NCBI GenBank assembly: GCA_045656145.1
Contig: JAZOQP010000037.1
Coordinates: 13,257-77,256, forward strand
DNA: 64,000 bases
DNA from: Acutalibacteraceae bacterium
GTDB lineage: Bacteria > Bacillota > Clostridia > Oscillospirales > Acutalibacteraceae
Direction: 5' to 3'
The translations under genes were made by a program, and so were the position numbers. The notes beneath the pieces were generated by a model that searched no databases, was not told where the DNA came from, and was given only the letters and a program-made list of their open reading frames with translations. Below are positions 54,789 through 64,000 of the stretch, piece by piece. Position 1 is the stretch's first letter; each line of letters starts with the position of its first letter.

Positions 54789-55634
54789 TTATATCTCCTT
54801 AGATTTATGCCTTGTTACATGGCATCCGATATTTACCGCCACGGGAAGCCCTGCAATATGTGTTGGCGCATATTCAATGTTAACCGCGAGAGCGGTGGTT
54901 TTGCCGCCAAATCCTTGAGGGCCAATGCCAAGTTTATTAATTTCCTCAAGCAGTTTGTTTTCCAAATCTGCATAGTATTTATTTTCATTTCTCTTATCGG
55001 TATCTCGGCAAAGAGCCTTTTTTGAAAGCAAAGCAGAGCTTTCAAAATCTCCACCTATTCCAACCCCAACAACTATTGGTGGACAAGGATTAGCACCCGC
55101 CTGTTTTACCGTTTCCAAAACAAAATCAATAACGCCTTTTTCAGAATCAAACGGGGTAAGCATTTTAAGTCTGCTCATGTTTTCACTGCCAAACCCTTTA
55201 GGTGCCACAGTTATATGAACCTTATCGCCCGGCACTATTTCGGTATGGATAACCGCTGGGGTGTTATCTTCGGTGTTTTTGCGGTTTATCGGGTCGTAAA
55301 CAATAGATTTTCTAAGAAGCCCCTCGGTGTACCCCTTAGCAACCCCCTTATTTACCGCCTCATAAATATCCCCGCCTACAAAATGAACATCCTGCCCTAT
55401 TTTAAGGAAAACAACGGCAAGACCTGTATCCTGACAAATCGGAATATCCATATTGCGCGCGGCATCTAAATTTCGGCAGAGCGAACACATTATATTTTTG
55501 GCAAGCTCTTTTTCCTCGTTTTGCGCGGCATTTTTTATTAACTTTACTGTGTTTTCAGGCAAAGTTTTATTTGCCTCAATAGATAACTCAGCCACCGCCT
55601 TAGTTATTTCGGCAACATCTATTTCCCTTACCAA
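54789..55634 (-). CDS. Fe-S type (class I) hydro-lyase alpha subunit: fumarate hydratase / L(+)-tartrate dehydratase alpha
   Basis: (M)VREIDVAEITKAV..., PICQDTG and GVGIGG blocks. The likely start is TTG 55632-55634, 5 nt after GGGGTGA. The TTG at 55655 in the track sits in the upstream terminator's T tract. Confidence 0.8.
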   Translation of the reverse strand: MVREIDVAEITKAVAELSIEANKTLPENTVKLIKNAAQNEEKELAKNIMCSLCRNLDAARNMDIPICQDTGLAVVFLKIGQDVHFVGGDIYEAVNKGVAKGYTEGLLRKSIVYDPINRKNTEDNTPAVIHTEIVPGDKVHITVAPKGFGSENMSRLKMLTPFDSEKGVIDFVLETVKQAGANPCPPIVVGVGIGGDFESSALLSKKALCRDTDKRNENKYYADLENKLLEEINKLGIGPQGFGGKTTALAVNIEYAPTHIAGLPVAVNIGCHVTRHKSKEI

Positions 55635-55653
55635 AAGTTTCACCCCTTTTTGC

Positions 55654-55680
55654 AAAAAAGGCAGACGAAAACGCCTGCCG
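55654..55680 (-). terminator. Terminator after the S1-domain gene
   Basis: The minus strand reads GGCAGGCG-tttt-CGTCTGCC followed by TTTTTT. Confidence 0.75.
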
Positions 55681-55688
55681 TAAAAAAT

Positions 55689-56150
55689 TTATCTTGCTCC
55701 CGAGCCGCGTTTGGTGCGCCTGGCTTCCGGATTTTTTCTCTTTAAATCAGAAAACTTTTCTTCGCTGGTTTGCTTAAAACGATTCATCATATCTTCAAAA
55801 GATTGCGGCTCATTTTTAGCGGCGGTCCAAACAAATGAACTATCAACCTTTTGAGGTTGACGCGGCGCCCCTGCTCTTGCGGGTCGCTTCGGCCTTTCAC
55901 TCTTTTCTTCCATTGCCGCTTTTTTAATACTTAGAGATATCTTACCATCATCCCCAATATTTAAAACCTTCATTTTAACCACGTCATTTTCTTTAACGTG
56001 GTCTCTGATTTCACTAACGAAGGTGGAAGCCACCTCAGAAATATGTACCATACCTGTTACAGAATCACCCAAATCAACAAAAACGCCAAAATTGGTGATA
56101 CCTGTAATTTTGCCTTCAACAATTTGTCCCACAGAAAGCTCCAACGCCAA
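55689..56150 (-). CDS. yabR: S1 RNA-binding domain protein (YabR-like)
   Basis: S1 fold VGQIVEGKITGITNFGVFVDLGDSVTGMVHISE plus a basic C-terminal tail. Its position after divIC matches the Bacillus yab cluster. Confidence 0.8.
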   Translation of the reverse strand: MALELSVGQIVEGKITGITNFGVFVDLGDSVTGMVHISEVASTFVSEIRDHVKENDVVKMKVLNIGDDGKISLSIKKAAMEEKSERPKRPARAGAPRQPQKVDSSFVWTAAKNEPQSFEDMMNRFKQTSEEKFSDLKRKNPEARRTKRGSGAR

Positions 56151-56173
56151 AAATCCCCCTTGAAACGAAAAAC

Positions 56174-56464
56174 CTAATTTCCGGAAATGTCAATATAAAC
56201 CTGTTCATCAGAATAAACGTATCCCAACCGCTCTCTTGCGGCCTTCTCGATGATTTCACTTTCATTTCCGTTTTCGAGTAAGGAAGTTAAATAATCAATC
56301 TGCGATAGTTTTTCGGCCTTAAGTTTTTCAAGCTCGGCCAATGAGTTCTGCTCTTCAACAAGGTTTGACCAAAGAGTGCATAAAGAGATAATCATATAAA
56401 TAGACATTGCTATTGCCGCAATTCGAAGTATAACACTGCCCTTTTTCTTTTGATTTCTTTTCAT
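56174..56464 (-). CDS. divIC: Septum formation initiator family protein (DivIC/FtsB)
   Basis: A single N-terminal TM segment, a coiled coil (LVEEQNSLAELEKLKAEK), and the ARERLGYV motif. Confidence 0.8.
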   Translation of the reverse strand: MKRNQKKKGSVILRIAAIAMSIYMIISLCTLWSNLVEEQNSLAELEKLKAEKLSQIDYLTSLLENGNESEIIEKAARERLGYVYSDEQVYIDISGN

Positions 56465-56505
56465 ACCTTTTGCACCTTTTTTATATTTTCTTTAGTATAC
56501 ACCAT

Positions 56506-56934
56506 TTAACCCTTTGCTTTCAAGGGCTTTTTTAAATATTTATAGCAATTTTGTAATTTTTTACAAAAAAATTTAAAAATAGCGGTTAAAAGATGTGCCA
56601 CCCATAAAACGCACCGCTTTATTACCTTGAAAAATGCCGCTATTATGCTGCTTAATATTTCGCTTAACGAAAAATAAAACAAGGCAAAGCCAATAAAAAT
56701 GCCGAGCAGCATATAAAACCTTATTTCGCCGTTTGTTAAGGCTAAAAGCAGAAAAAATGTGGCAAACGCGGTTATAACAAAAAACAGAATATCCTCTATA
56801 AAAACCACTATCGCATTATGGCGAAATCCCTTTCTAATAGCCTTGAAAAAGCAATAAAACACGCTATAGCCTATTCCAAAAAGAAATGCGGTAAAAAATG
56901 AAAATACCTGTTCGGAATTACTTATTTCCCACAT
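56506..56934 (-). CDS. yabQ: Spore cortex biosynthesis protein YabQ
   Basis: Multi-TM small protein directly after yabP. ATG 56932-56934 lies 4 nt after AGGTGA, which overlaps the yabP stop. Confidence 0.7.
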   Translation of the reverse strand: MWEISNSEQVFSFFTAFLFGIGYSVFYCFFKAIRKGFRHNAIVVFIEDILFFVITAFATFFLLLALTNGEIRFYMLLGIFIGFALFYFSLSEILSSIIAAFFKVIKRCVLWVAHLLTAIFKFFCKKLQNCYKYLKKPLKAKG

Positions 56935-56938
56935 TTTT

Positions 56939-57202
56939 TCACCTGAAAAGCCTTGAGAAAAAACCATCTTTAGTTTTTCCGTTATAAACCACGGCAACTA
57001 TATTTCCCGAAGCTGAAAGGTCGCCCGTTACATCGCTGAAATTGTTAATTTTAAGCCCTGTTCCGCGAAGGGTTATTTCTCCAAGCTCGGTGGCCGCATC
57101 AATCGTGTCATCCGAAAAAGATAACACCTCTTTTACACCTGTTAAATTAACTATATTTCGATTTTCTATAAAAAGATTATGCGAGGAATTTTGTTCATTC
57201 AT
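56939..57202 (-). CDS. yabP: Sporulation protein YabP
   Basis: HNLFIENRNIVNLTGVKEVLSFSDDTI...TLRGTGLKINNF is a typical YabP/YqfC-family pattern. Confidence 0.85.
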   Translation of the reverse strand: MNEQNSSHNLFIENRNIVNLTGVKEVLSFSDDTIDAATELGEITLRGTGLKINNFSDVTGDLSASGNIVAVVYNGKTKDGFFSRLFR

Positions 57203-57248
57203 AAAATATCACCCGTATAATCTATGCTTTTCTTTTTTTATTTATGAG

Positions 57249-57491
57249 TTACTGGACAATGCGGTAAAGATTTTCGCTTTCTTCCTTTTTAACCGTTTCT
57301 TTAACTTCCAAAACCTCTATTTTAACAATTCTTTGGCCGAAACTAATTTCTATTATATCGCCTTTTTTAACATCATAAGATGCTCTGGCAACCTTTCCGC
57401 CAACCGTTACTCTGCCCGCATCACAGGCCTCATTTGCAACGGTTCTTCTCTTTATTATTCTTGAAACTTTTAAATATTTATCAAGTCTCAT
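57249..57491 (-). CDS. yabO: S4-domain RNA-binding protein (YabO / heat-shock protein 15-like)
   Basis: MRLDKYLKVSRIIKRRTVANEACDAGRVTVGGK. ATG 57489-57491 follows GGAGG. The track's longer ORF would run through the hup terminator. Confidence 0.85.
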   Translation of the reverse strand: MRLDKYLKVSRIIKRRTVANEACDAGRVTVGGKVARASYDVKKGDIIEISFGQRIVKIEVLEVKETVKKEESENLYRIVQ

Positions 57492-57515
57492 AATGCCTCC
57501 AACTATTTCCAAAAC

Positions 57516-57546
57516 AAAAAAAGCCACCTTGAAAGGTGGCTTTTTA
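57516..57546 (-). terminator. Terminator after hup
   Basis: A7-GCCACC-ttgaaa-GGTGGC-T5; on the minus strand it is followed by T7. Confidence 0.75.
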
Positions 57547-57557
57547 AGTAAAATCAA

Positions 57558-57833
57558 TTATTTTGCAACAACGTCTTTTAATGCTCTGCCAGCCTTGAAT
57601 ACCGGAACCTTTGAAGCAGCGATTGTGATCTGCTCTTTTGTCTGAGGATTGATACCGGTTCTTGCAGCGCGCTCACGAACTTCGAATGTACCGAAACCTA
57701 CGAGCTGGATTTTGTTTCCTGCCTTAAGCTCTGCGCCTACGGTTTCGATAAGAGCTGCTAAAGCCTTGTCTGCATCAGCCTTTTTAATACCAGCCTTTTC
57801 TGCAATAGCTGCAACCAATTCTGTTTTGTTCAT
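57558..57833 (-). CDS. hup: DNA-binding protein HU
   Basis: [25 protein letters not shown]...[38 protein letters not shown]. Confidence 0.97.
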   Translation of the reverse strand: MNKTELVAAIAEKAGIKKADADKALAALIETVGAELKAGNKIQLVGFGTFEVRERAARTGINPQTKEQITIAASKVPVFKAGRALKDVVAK

Positions 57834-57884
57834 TTCGAGTTACCTCCAAGTTATTTATTTCTAACGGAAAAATCCGTTTGAATA

Positions 57885-58688
57885 CTATTTGTGCTTTATC
57901 TCATCCCAAAGCTTGTCTAATTCTTCGAGCGAAGCGGTTTTCATATCAATTCCGCGCTCTCTTGCCAAATTTTCAACCTTTTCAAAGCGGTTTATAAATT
58001 TATTTGTGGCGTGATTTAAAGCCTCTTCGCTATCTATTTTCAAAAATCGAGATACATTAACTGCCGAAAAAAGCAAATCGCCAAACTCATCAAACATCTC
58101 GGCGTTGCTGCCATTTTCAATTGCATTTTTAAGTTCCTTGGTTTCTTCCTCAATTTTTTCGAAGGCGCCTTTATAATCATCCCAATCAAAGCCGGCTTTT
58201 GCCGCCCTTTTTTGAACCTTTGCGGCGCGCATTAAAGCGGGGAAAGCATTCGGCACGCTCTTAAGCGTATCCGTGGCGCTTTGCTGAGATTTTTCCACCA
58301 TCTTTATCTTATCCCAATTGGATAAAACCTCGGCAGAATTTTCAACCTGAACATCTCCGAAAACATGCGGATGGCGAAGAATCATTTTTCTTGCCACCGT
58401 GTCAATAACATCGGAAATATCAAACTCTTTTTCTTCCTTAGCCATCTGCGAATGAAGAGCCACCTGCAAAAGAACATCTCCAAGCTCTTCGCATAAATCT
58501 GCGGAAGAAGACTTATCTATCGCATCAGCAACCTCATAAACCTCCTCAATAAAATCATTGCGGATAGACTTATGCGTTTGCTCTATATCCCAAGGGCATC
58601 CGCCCGGGGAACGAAGGATGCGAATAATTTCAATAAATTCATCGAAATTAAACTTGTCCTTTTTATCAACTATGTCTAAATGTACCAT
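57885..58688 (-). CDS. mazG: MazG nucleoside-triphosphate pyrophosphohydrolase (tandem MazG domains, YabN C-terminal-like)
   Basis: CPWDIEQTHKSIR, EEVYEV..AI, EELGDVLLQV and a second EE.KEL...EFGDLLFSAVN. Confidence 0.9.
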   Translation of the reverse strand: MVHLDIVDKKDKFNFDEFIEIIRILRSPGGCPWDIEQTHKSIRNDFIEEVYEVADAIDKSSSADLCEELGDVLLQVALHSQMAKEEKEFDISDVIDTVARKMILRHPHVFGDVQVENSAEVLSNWDKIKMVEKSQQSATDTLKSVPNAFPALMRAAKVQKRAAKAGFDWDDYKGAFEKIEEETKELKNAIENGSNAEMFDEFGDLLFSAVNVSRFLKIDSEEALNHATNKFINRFEKVENLARERGIDMKTASLEELDKLWDEIKHK

Positions 58689-58822
58689 ATTTTCTCCAAA
58701 AAATCAATAGAAATTGTTAAAATTTATGAAAATTCAATATTTTTAACAAATTTATACAGTGTTATTAGTGCTATTCGCAAAGAAAAAATGCGAATTTTTA
58801 TACAATTTTTGCCAATTTAAAA

Positions 58823-59509
58823 TTATGCTATTTTCTCTATAAGCTTTAAAATGCCGTTTATCAGCACATCTTCAGCCAAAATATTGAGCGCAGTATAGTC
58901 TCCTGCGGCATTATCTCCCGCATCATCGGATATTTTTCTAACGCTTGCAAATGGTACCGAATATGCATTCGCCACCGAAGCTATAGCCGCCGTTTCCATA
59001 TCGCAAGAAACTGCCGAAAAGTTTACTTTCAGAGTATTCCTTAGCGCATCATCACTCACAAAACGGTCGCCACTAACAGCGGTGCCCTTAACAGCGGCAG
59101 GAAAAATTTCATTTAAAAGCTTTAAAACCTCACTATTCGCCTCATAAATATATTCCTGACCGGGTTTTTCACAAAGCGCATAACCAAGACCTGTTAAATC
59201 GAAATCATGCTCTAAAAAGCGAGAAGGCAGGGTTATATCTTCCCTTCTTACTTTATCTATTCCGCCCGATAATCCGCAATTTAAAAGCAGTTCATACCCC
59301 TGCTCACATAAAGCCGCCGCTGCCGCCGCCGCATTAACCTTACCAATTCCTGAAAGCACAGCAGTAACCAAAGCAGAGCCAAAATTAAAGGTAACAGCCT
59401 GCCTTCCTGCAACGGTAGTTTTTTTAAACTTTAATTCCGATTCCTTTTTAATGAGTGGCAAAAACTCATCGGTATCGGCAATTATTATTCCAATTTTTTT
59501 AAATTCCAT
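58823..59509 (-). CDS. mtnN: Nucleoside phosphorylase family protein (5'-methylthioadenosine/S-adenosylhomocysteine nucleosidase-like)
   Basis: PNP_UDP_1-like: KIGIIIA..., GIGKVNAAAAAAAL, SCDMETAAIA. ATG 59507-59509 overlaps the upstream stop (TAATG). Confidence 0.65.
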   Translation of the reverse strand: MEFKKIGIIIADTDEFLPLIKKESELKFKKTTVAGRQAVTFNFGSALVTAVLSGIGKVNAAAAAAALCEQGYELLLNCGLSGGIDKVRREDITLPSRFLEHDFDLTGLGYALCEKPGQEYIYEANSEVLKLLNEIFPAAVKGTAVSGDRFVSDDALRNTLKVNFSAVSCDMETAAIASVANAYSVPFASVRKISDDAGDNAAGDYTALNILAEDVLINGILKLIEKIA

Positions 59510-59883
59510 TATTCTTCTTCCGTAAAAATTAATTTCTCTCCGCAAGCGCTGCAAAATACAGCCGATTCGCTAATCGACGCTGCGCAATTCGGGCAAAATC
59601 TGGTGCTTTTAATCTTTTCAATTTCGGCTTTTGCAATGCTAATAGCCTCTATCTCAGATTCAATTTCATTAATTAGCGCCTTGATTTCATCCGATACCTG
59701 TTCATCATCCTTATATGTTTCGAAAGTAATTCTTCCAAGGGCATTAAAGCTCTTATTAAGGCGGTTTTCCATGCTTGCAATATCATATTTTTGCTTGCCT
59801 ATAGCAACCGCTTCCTCGGTTTTGTTTTTTGCAATGTCAAAAACATTTTTTGCCTTTACTAAAACATCATCTAAAAAATCCAT
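59509..59883 (-). CDS. Zinc-ribbon domain protein with N-terminal coiled coil
   Basis: The C-terminus is FCPNCAASISESAVFCSACGEKL. The ATG at 59881-59883 lies 6 nt after AGGAGA. Confidence 0.7.
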   Translation of the reverse strand: MDFLDDVLVKAKNVFDIAKNKTEEAVAIGKQKYDIASMENRLNKSFNALGRITFETYKDDEQVSDEIKALINEIESEIEAISIAKAEIEKIKSTRFCPNCAASISESAVFCSACGEKLIFTEEE

Positions 59884-59916
59884 AAAAAATCTCCTTTTCA
59901 TGATTATTTTCTTTAT

Positions 59917-61380
59917 TTAAAGCGGATATTTTTGATAAAACTCTAAAATCTTTTCTTTCCTTTTTGCGAGCTCCTCAAAACCGCTTATATATTCATAAGG
60001 ATATTTATAATTGAATACTCTTTCAATTATTTTGCCGCTCGGTTCTCTAAGCTTTGTTACAGCCGAGGCACCGCAGCCTAAAATAGAATGGGTTTCATCC
60101 ATAATATAAATGTTATAATATCCTTCATAACCCTTTTTTGCATAACCCACATTTTCAAGGTTTCCAACAGTTTTACTCTGCCTATACATATAATACGGCA
60201 AAATTCCCTTATTTGTCAATTGCTCATAGGCATAATCAACCATGCATGAGGCTAATTCGCCAATTTCTTTTTCGGGAATTTCTCCGTTTATTGATAGATT
60301 TGAGGCGCGTTTAAAGGATAGAGAATGCACCGTTACATTTTCGGGGTCCATCTGAATAATCTCATCTATCGTATTTTTAAAGCTATCCAATGTATCGGTG
60401 GGAAGCCCTGCAATAACATCCATATTAATATTTTTAAAGCCGACAAGCCTTGCTAGTTCAAACGCTTTTCTTGTATCCGAACTTGTGTGGCGTCTGCCAA
60501 CAAAATCCAAAACATCATCATTCATAGTTTGAGGATTTATGCTTATTCTATCGGCTCCGCCTAAAAAAATCGCCTTTAATTTATCGCGGGTTAGGGTATC
60601 GGGTCTGCCCGCCTCAACCGTGTATTCAAGAACTCCCGATAAATCAAAGCTTTCCTTAACGGCTTGCATAAGTTCTTTAATCTCAATAGCCGAAAGAGTA
60701 GTGGGGGTGCCACCACCTATATAAATCGTTTCAAGCTTAAGGCCTATTTGCTGTGCTATCTTACCTGTAAGTTTAATTTCCTTTTTAAGATTTTCCAAAT
60801 AAAGAGGAATTAATTTTCTTGATTTTTCAACAGAATGAGAAACAAAGGAACAATATGAGCAACGGCTCGGGCAAAACGGAATTGAAATATAAAGACTAAA
60901 CGAAGAAGGTTTTGATAAAGCCACTACTTTTTCTTCGCTAACCGAAGTTAATTTGCAAAGGTTAATTTTCTTTTCCTTTACCCTTAGCTTTTCTTTAAAA
61001 TAGTTATCGGCAAATAAAGAGCCATTATCCCTTTTAAGCGCCGAATAAAGTTTTCCGGGGCGAACCCCTGTTAGAATACCCCAACTTGGAGAAAAGGAAT
61101 AAAGAGAACAAAAGCAATTATAAAGCGCAAGCGCCACAGCACGCTCGGCGCATTTCTCTTCTGTTTCGCCATCTTCCAATTCTATTTTCTCGGTATATTC
61201 GGCTTTTTCTTTGCCTATATTAAGCTCAGCCTTTGCAATTTCCCCGCAAAGTTCGGTAACTGCAAAAATTTCGCTTTCTTGCCTTTTATTCAGTATTTCT
61301 ATTTTTTCAAAAGGCAAAAATAAACGGCACAGCTTTTCGGTTTCATAATTAAATGAATGGCTTATATTACATAAATTCAT
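59917..61380 (-). CDS. hemZ: Radical SAM coproporphyrinogen-dehydrogenase-like protein HemZ
   Basis: CPSRCSYCSF (CxxxCxxC) about 170 aa from the N-terminus, and a HemN-like core (GGGTPT, RISINPQT). The length and N-terminal extension are typical of HemZ. Confidence 0.8.
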   Translation of the reverse strand: MNLCNISHSFNYETEKLCRLFLPFEKIEILNKRQESEIFAVTELCGEIAKAELNIGKEKAEYTEKIELEDGETEEKCAERAVALALYNCFCSLYSFSPSWGILTGVRPGKLYSALKRDNGSLFADNYFKEKLRVKEKKINLCKLTSVSEEKVVALSKPSSFSLYISIPFCPSRCSYCSFVSHSVEKSRKLIPLYLENLKKEIKLTGKIAQQIGLKLETIYIGGGTPTTLSAIEIKELMQAVKESFDLSGVLEYTVEAGRPDTLTRDKLKAIFLGGADRISINPQTMNDDVLDFVGRRHTSSDTRKAFELARLVGFKNINMDVIAGLPTDTLDSFKNTIDEIIQMDPENVTVHSLSFKRASNLSINGEIPEKEIGELASCMVDYAYEQLTNKGILPYYMYRQSKTVGNLENVGYAKKGYEGYYNIYIMDETHSILGCGASAVTKLREPSGKIIERVFNYKYPYEYISGFEELAKRKEKILEFYQKYPL

Positions 61381-61382
61381 AG

Positions 61383-62000
61383 TTAAAATCTCATATACTG
61401 ATTATTTTTTTGCTCACAAAACAGGGTTGTTTTTTGGTCATGCCCGGGATAAACCGTATAATCGGTTTTAATAAGCGATAACCTTTTAAGGCTTTTAATC
61501 ATTTCCATAACATTTGAAGTTGGAAAATCGGTGCGACCAATGGTACCTTTAAAAAAGGTATCTCCGCTAAACATAACATCATTTATTATATAGCAAACAG
61601 AACCCTTTGTATGCCCCGGGGTTTCAAGCACCTTTAGCGTATCCTCACCTAAATTAATGGTATCCCCCTCGCTTAAAAGCATATCGGCTAATAAAGAAAC
61701 CTGAATTCCTAAAATAAACGGAGAAAGATTATAATCAGGATTTTCTAAAATTTCCGCCTCGTTTTTGCCTATAACAATAGGGCAATTCCATATTTCCTTT
61801 ATCGCATTAACGCCTAAAATATGATCGGCGTGTCCATGTGTTAAAAGGATATATTTATAAGTTTTATCTTTGGTTTTACGGGCAAATTCCAATAACCTTT
61901 CATCCTTGTCTGCGGGGTCAATAATAAGGGCATAATCTCTTCCCAAAACGGTATAAGAATTAGTTTCCAATTCCCCAACAACAAAATGATTTATCTCCAT
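61383..62000 (-). CDS. MBL-fold metallo-hydrolase (hydroxyacylglutathione-hydrolase-like)
   Basis: THGHADH motif, GHT.G, and D...GR.D. ATG 61998-62000 follows GGAGG and overlaps the dtd stop (TAATG). Confidence 0.85.
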   Translation of the reverse strand: MEINHFVVGELETNSYTVLGRDYALIIDPADKDERLLEFARKTKDKTYKYILLTHGHADHILGVNAIKEIWNCPIVIGKNEAEILENPDYNLSPFILGIQVSLLADMLLSEGDTINLGEDTLKVLETPGHTKGSVCYIINDVMFSGDTFFKGTIGRTDFPTSNVMEMIKSLKRLSLIKTDYTVYPGHDQKTTLFCEQKNNQYMRF

Positions 62001-62455
62001 TACTTCCTCCAAATAGCAGTATCTAAAATAATGGTAACGGGGCCATTATTTAAAAGGCTTACCTTCATATCGCCGCCAAAAACGCCCTTTTCAACCTTGC
62101 TTACACCCTCAAGAGTTAATCTCTCGCAAAAGTATTCATACATACGGTTAGCCTCTTCAGGCTTCATTGCGTGAATGAATGAGGGGCGGTTACCCTTTTT
62201 AGTATCGGCGCACAAGGTAAAGTTAGAAATAACCAAGGCCTCTCCCTTAATATCTAAAAGGGATAAATTCATTTTATCATCATTATCGCGAAAAATTCTA
62301 AGGTTAGCCACCTTTTTGGCAAGAATCTCGGCGTCTTCATCTGTATCGGTTTCTTCAACACCCAAAAGCACCAAAAAGCCCTCGCCCACAATACCTTTTA
62401 TTTCATTATCTATTTCAACCTTGGAATTTAAAACTCTTTGAATTATAGCCTTCAT
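62000..62455 (-). CDS. dtd: D-aminoacyl-tRNA deacylase
   Basis: MKAIIQRV..., SNFTL and NNGPVTI blocks. 151 aa, downstream of relA as in Bacillus. Confidence 0.95.
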   Translation of the reverse strand: MKAIIQRVLNSKVEIDNEIKGIVGEGFLVLLGVEETDTDEDAEILAKKVANLRIFRDNDDKMNLSLLDIKGEALVISNFTLCADTKKGNRPSFIHAMKPEEANRMYEYFCERLTLEGVSKVEKGVFGGDMKVSLLNNGPVTIILDTAIWRK

Positions 62456-62463
62456 AAACTCTC

Positions 62464-64000
62464 CTATTTATTAATTCTTTCAACGCTGAAAACTCCTGAA
62501 AGTTTTTCAATATGGTTAATAATGTTTTTAAGATGGGTTAATCCCTCGGTGCTGACGGTTACATCAATAAGACAGTTTCCGCCCTTTAAAGGTCTTGCAT
62601 TAACATTATGAAGAGAAACATGCATATTATAAAGGGTTGTTGTAACCTCGGCTAAAAGGCCATCACGGTCAAGTCCCATAATCTGAAGCGAAGAAGTAAA
62701 CATTTTTGTTTTGCTTCCTGCGGCCCAATGAGCGTTTACCCATCTGCCCGGCTCATCCGCCTCGGTTATATCCTTTGGAACATTAATGCAATCTCTTTTA
62801 TGGATAGACACGCCATGTCCTCTTGTGATAAAGCCAATAATATCATCACCCGGAAGCGGCGCACAACATTTTGAAAATTTAATAAGGCAATCATGAAGTC
62901 CATCAACAATAACACCATCGGTTGAGGTTTTATGGTTAATGGGGATGATTTCGGGAGTTTCAGTCTTCGTTGCTGCTTTGCGAAGTTTTCCGTAATCATC
63001 CTTAATTCTCGGCATAATTTTAGATAGCAAAATTCCACCATAGCCGATAGCTGCATAAAATTCTTCGGAATCGGAAAATTTATATTTTTTAGCAATGTCC
63101 GAAATGAATTCTTCAAATTCATCATCGCTAAAGCTCATAAGATTTCGCTTAAATTCAGCCTCAATGCTTTCTTTTCCGTTTTCAATATTTTCAGCGCGTT
63201 TTTCCTTTTTAAACCAAGAGCGTATTTTAGCCTTAGCCTGATTTGTAACAGCAATGTTAAGCCAATCTCGGCTGGGGCCTCTGCCCGCTTGATTTGAGGT
63301 TAAAATTTCAATAATTTCGCCTGTATTTATAACGTGATTAATGGGAACTATTTTACCATCAACCTTAGCGCCAACCATCTTTATACCAACTGCAGTATGA
63401 ATAGCAAAGGCAAAATCTATAACGGTTGAGCCAACAGGCAGATTTATAACATCGCCTTTGGGTGTTACTGCAAAAACATCATCCTGCGCCAAATCAACCT
63501 TGATATTGCTGATGATTTCGGATGAATCTCCCGCCGTTGACTGATTTTCAAGAATCTGGCGCACCCAAGCGAGTTGCTCTTCCATCTTCTCTCTCTTATT
63601 TTCAATTCCAACCTTATATTTCCAATGCGCCGCGATACCATATTCGGCTGTGTGGTGCATTTCGGCAGTTCTTATCTGAATTTCAAAGGGAATACCCTCT
63701 CTGCCGATAACGGTTGTATGGAGTGATTGATAGCGGTTTGGTTTAGGCATAGAAATATAGTCCTTAAACCTGCCGGGAATAGGACGAAACATATCATGCA
63801 TAATGCCAAGAATATTATAACAATCAGGTATTGTATCGGTTATAATTCTAAGGGCGTAAATATCATAAATTTCATCAAAATCCTTGCCCTGAACAAACAT
63901 TTTTCTATAAATTCCGTGAATTGATTTAACTCTCGACTGAATAGAAATATTAACATTCGGAATAACAGTTCTTAGCCTCTCCTCAATTTTTCCGCTTATG
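62464..64000 (-). CDS. relA: (p)ppGpp synthetase/hydrolase RelA/SpoT (C-terminal ~510 codons; N-terminus beyond the window)
   Basis: The frame stays open upstream of the track's Met through 64000 (...SRVKSIHGIYRKMFVQGKDFDEIYDIYALRII). It contains the synthetase motif HTTVIG..G.PFEIQIRT..MH..AE.G.AAHW, a TGS domain, and a C-terminal ACT domain. Confidence 0.95.
   Translation of the reverse strand, partial: ISGKIEERLRTVIPNVNISIQSRVKSIHGIYRKMFVQGKDFDEIYDIYALRIITDTIPDCYNILGIMHDMFRPIPGRFKDYISMPKPNRYQSLHTTVIGREGIPFEIQIRTAEMHHTAEYGIAAHWKYKVGIENKREKMEEQLAWVRQILENQSTAGDSSEIISNIKVDLAQDDVFAVTPKGDVINLPVGSTVIDFAFAIHTAVGIKMVGAKVDGKIVPINHVINTGEIIEILTSNQAGRGPSRDWLNIAVTNQAKAKIRSWFKKEKRAENIENGKESIEAEFKRNLMSFSDDEFEEFISDIAKKYKFSDSEEFYAAIGYGGILLSKIMPRIKDDYGKLRKAATKTETPEIIPINHKTSTDGVIVDGLHDCLIKFSKCCAPLPGDDIIGFITRGHGVSIHKRDCINVPKDITEADEPGRWVNAHWAAGSKTKMFTSSLQIMGLDRDGLLAEVTTTLYNMHVSLHNVNARPLKGGNCLIDVTVSTEGLTHLKNIINHIEKLSGVFSVERINK

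Overview
This 64-kb window looks like chromosomal DNA from a low-GC, anaerobic, spore-forming Firmicute (Clostridia-like). The evidence is the yabO-yabP-yabQ-divIC-yabR block, HemZ, a flavodiiron protein with rubredoxin, and AGGAGG-type ribosome-binding sites. About 60 protein genes are present. Only four features lie on the plus strand: a gene remnant, tRNA-Leu, a 54-aa ORF and one membrane protein.

The housekeeping backbone comprises pcrA; alaS-HIT-PRT-ldhA; lon/engB; an ABC exporter; pncB; groES-groEL; a lipid kinase; a THUMP methyltransferase; mazG-hup-yabOPQ-divIC-yabR; and relA-dtd-MBL-hemZ.

An accessory, glycan-oriented segment (about 2.5-38 kb) interrupts this backbone. It contains:
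- a bile-salt-hydrolase-family gene;
- a cobalamin riboswitch controlling DUF4430 plus an ECF S-component;
- a NitT/TauT-like ABC importer;
- a decayed glycosidase-like remnant;
- a nagA/ROK-like operon headed by a PfkB-pseudokinase::AraC fusion regulator;
- a 12.8-kb gene for a 4,267-aa secreted modular protein. Its order is nine Big_2-like/LamG-like modules, a beta-helix, an SGNH esterase and a C-terminal beta-sandwich. It is co-transcribed with a 56-aa acidic peptide gene and preceded by a membrane-anchored protein with about 59 consecutive Asn;
- a cytoplasmic BNR-propeller/amidohydrolase/unknown operon;
- a split-CHR/flavodiiron/rubredoxin operon;
- two tandem beta-helix lipoproteins paralogous to the giant protein's catalytic domain.

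No CRISPR array, integrase, transposase, phage gene or recognisable defence gene was seen. The most unusual items are the poly-Asn protein / small peptide / giant protein locus, a 283-bp nested-inverted-repeat element just downstream of it, and the PfkB-AraC fusion. All domain calls come from by-eye motif recognition and need HMM or structure confirmation.
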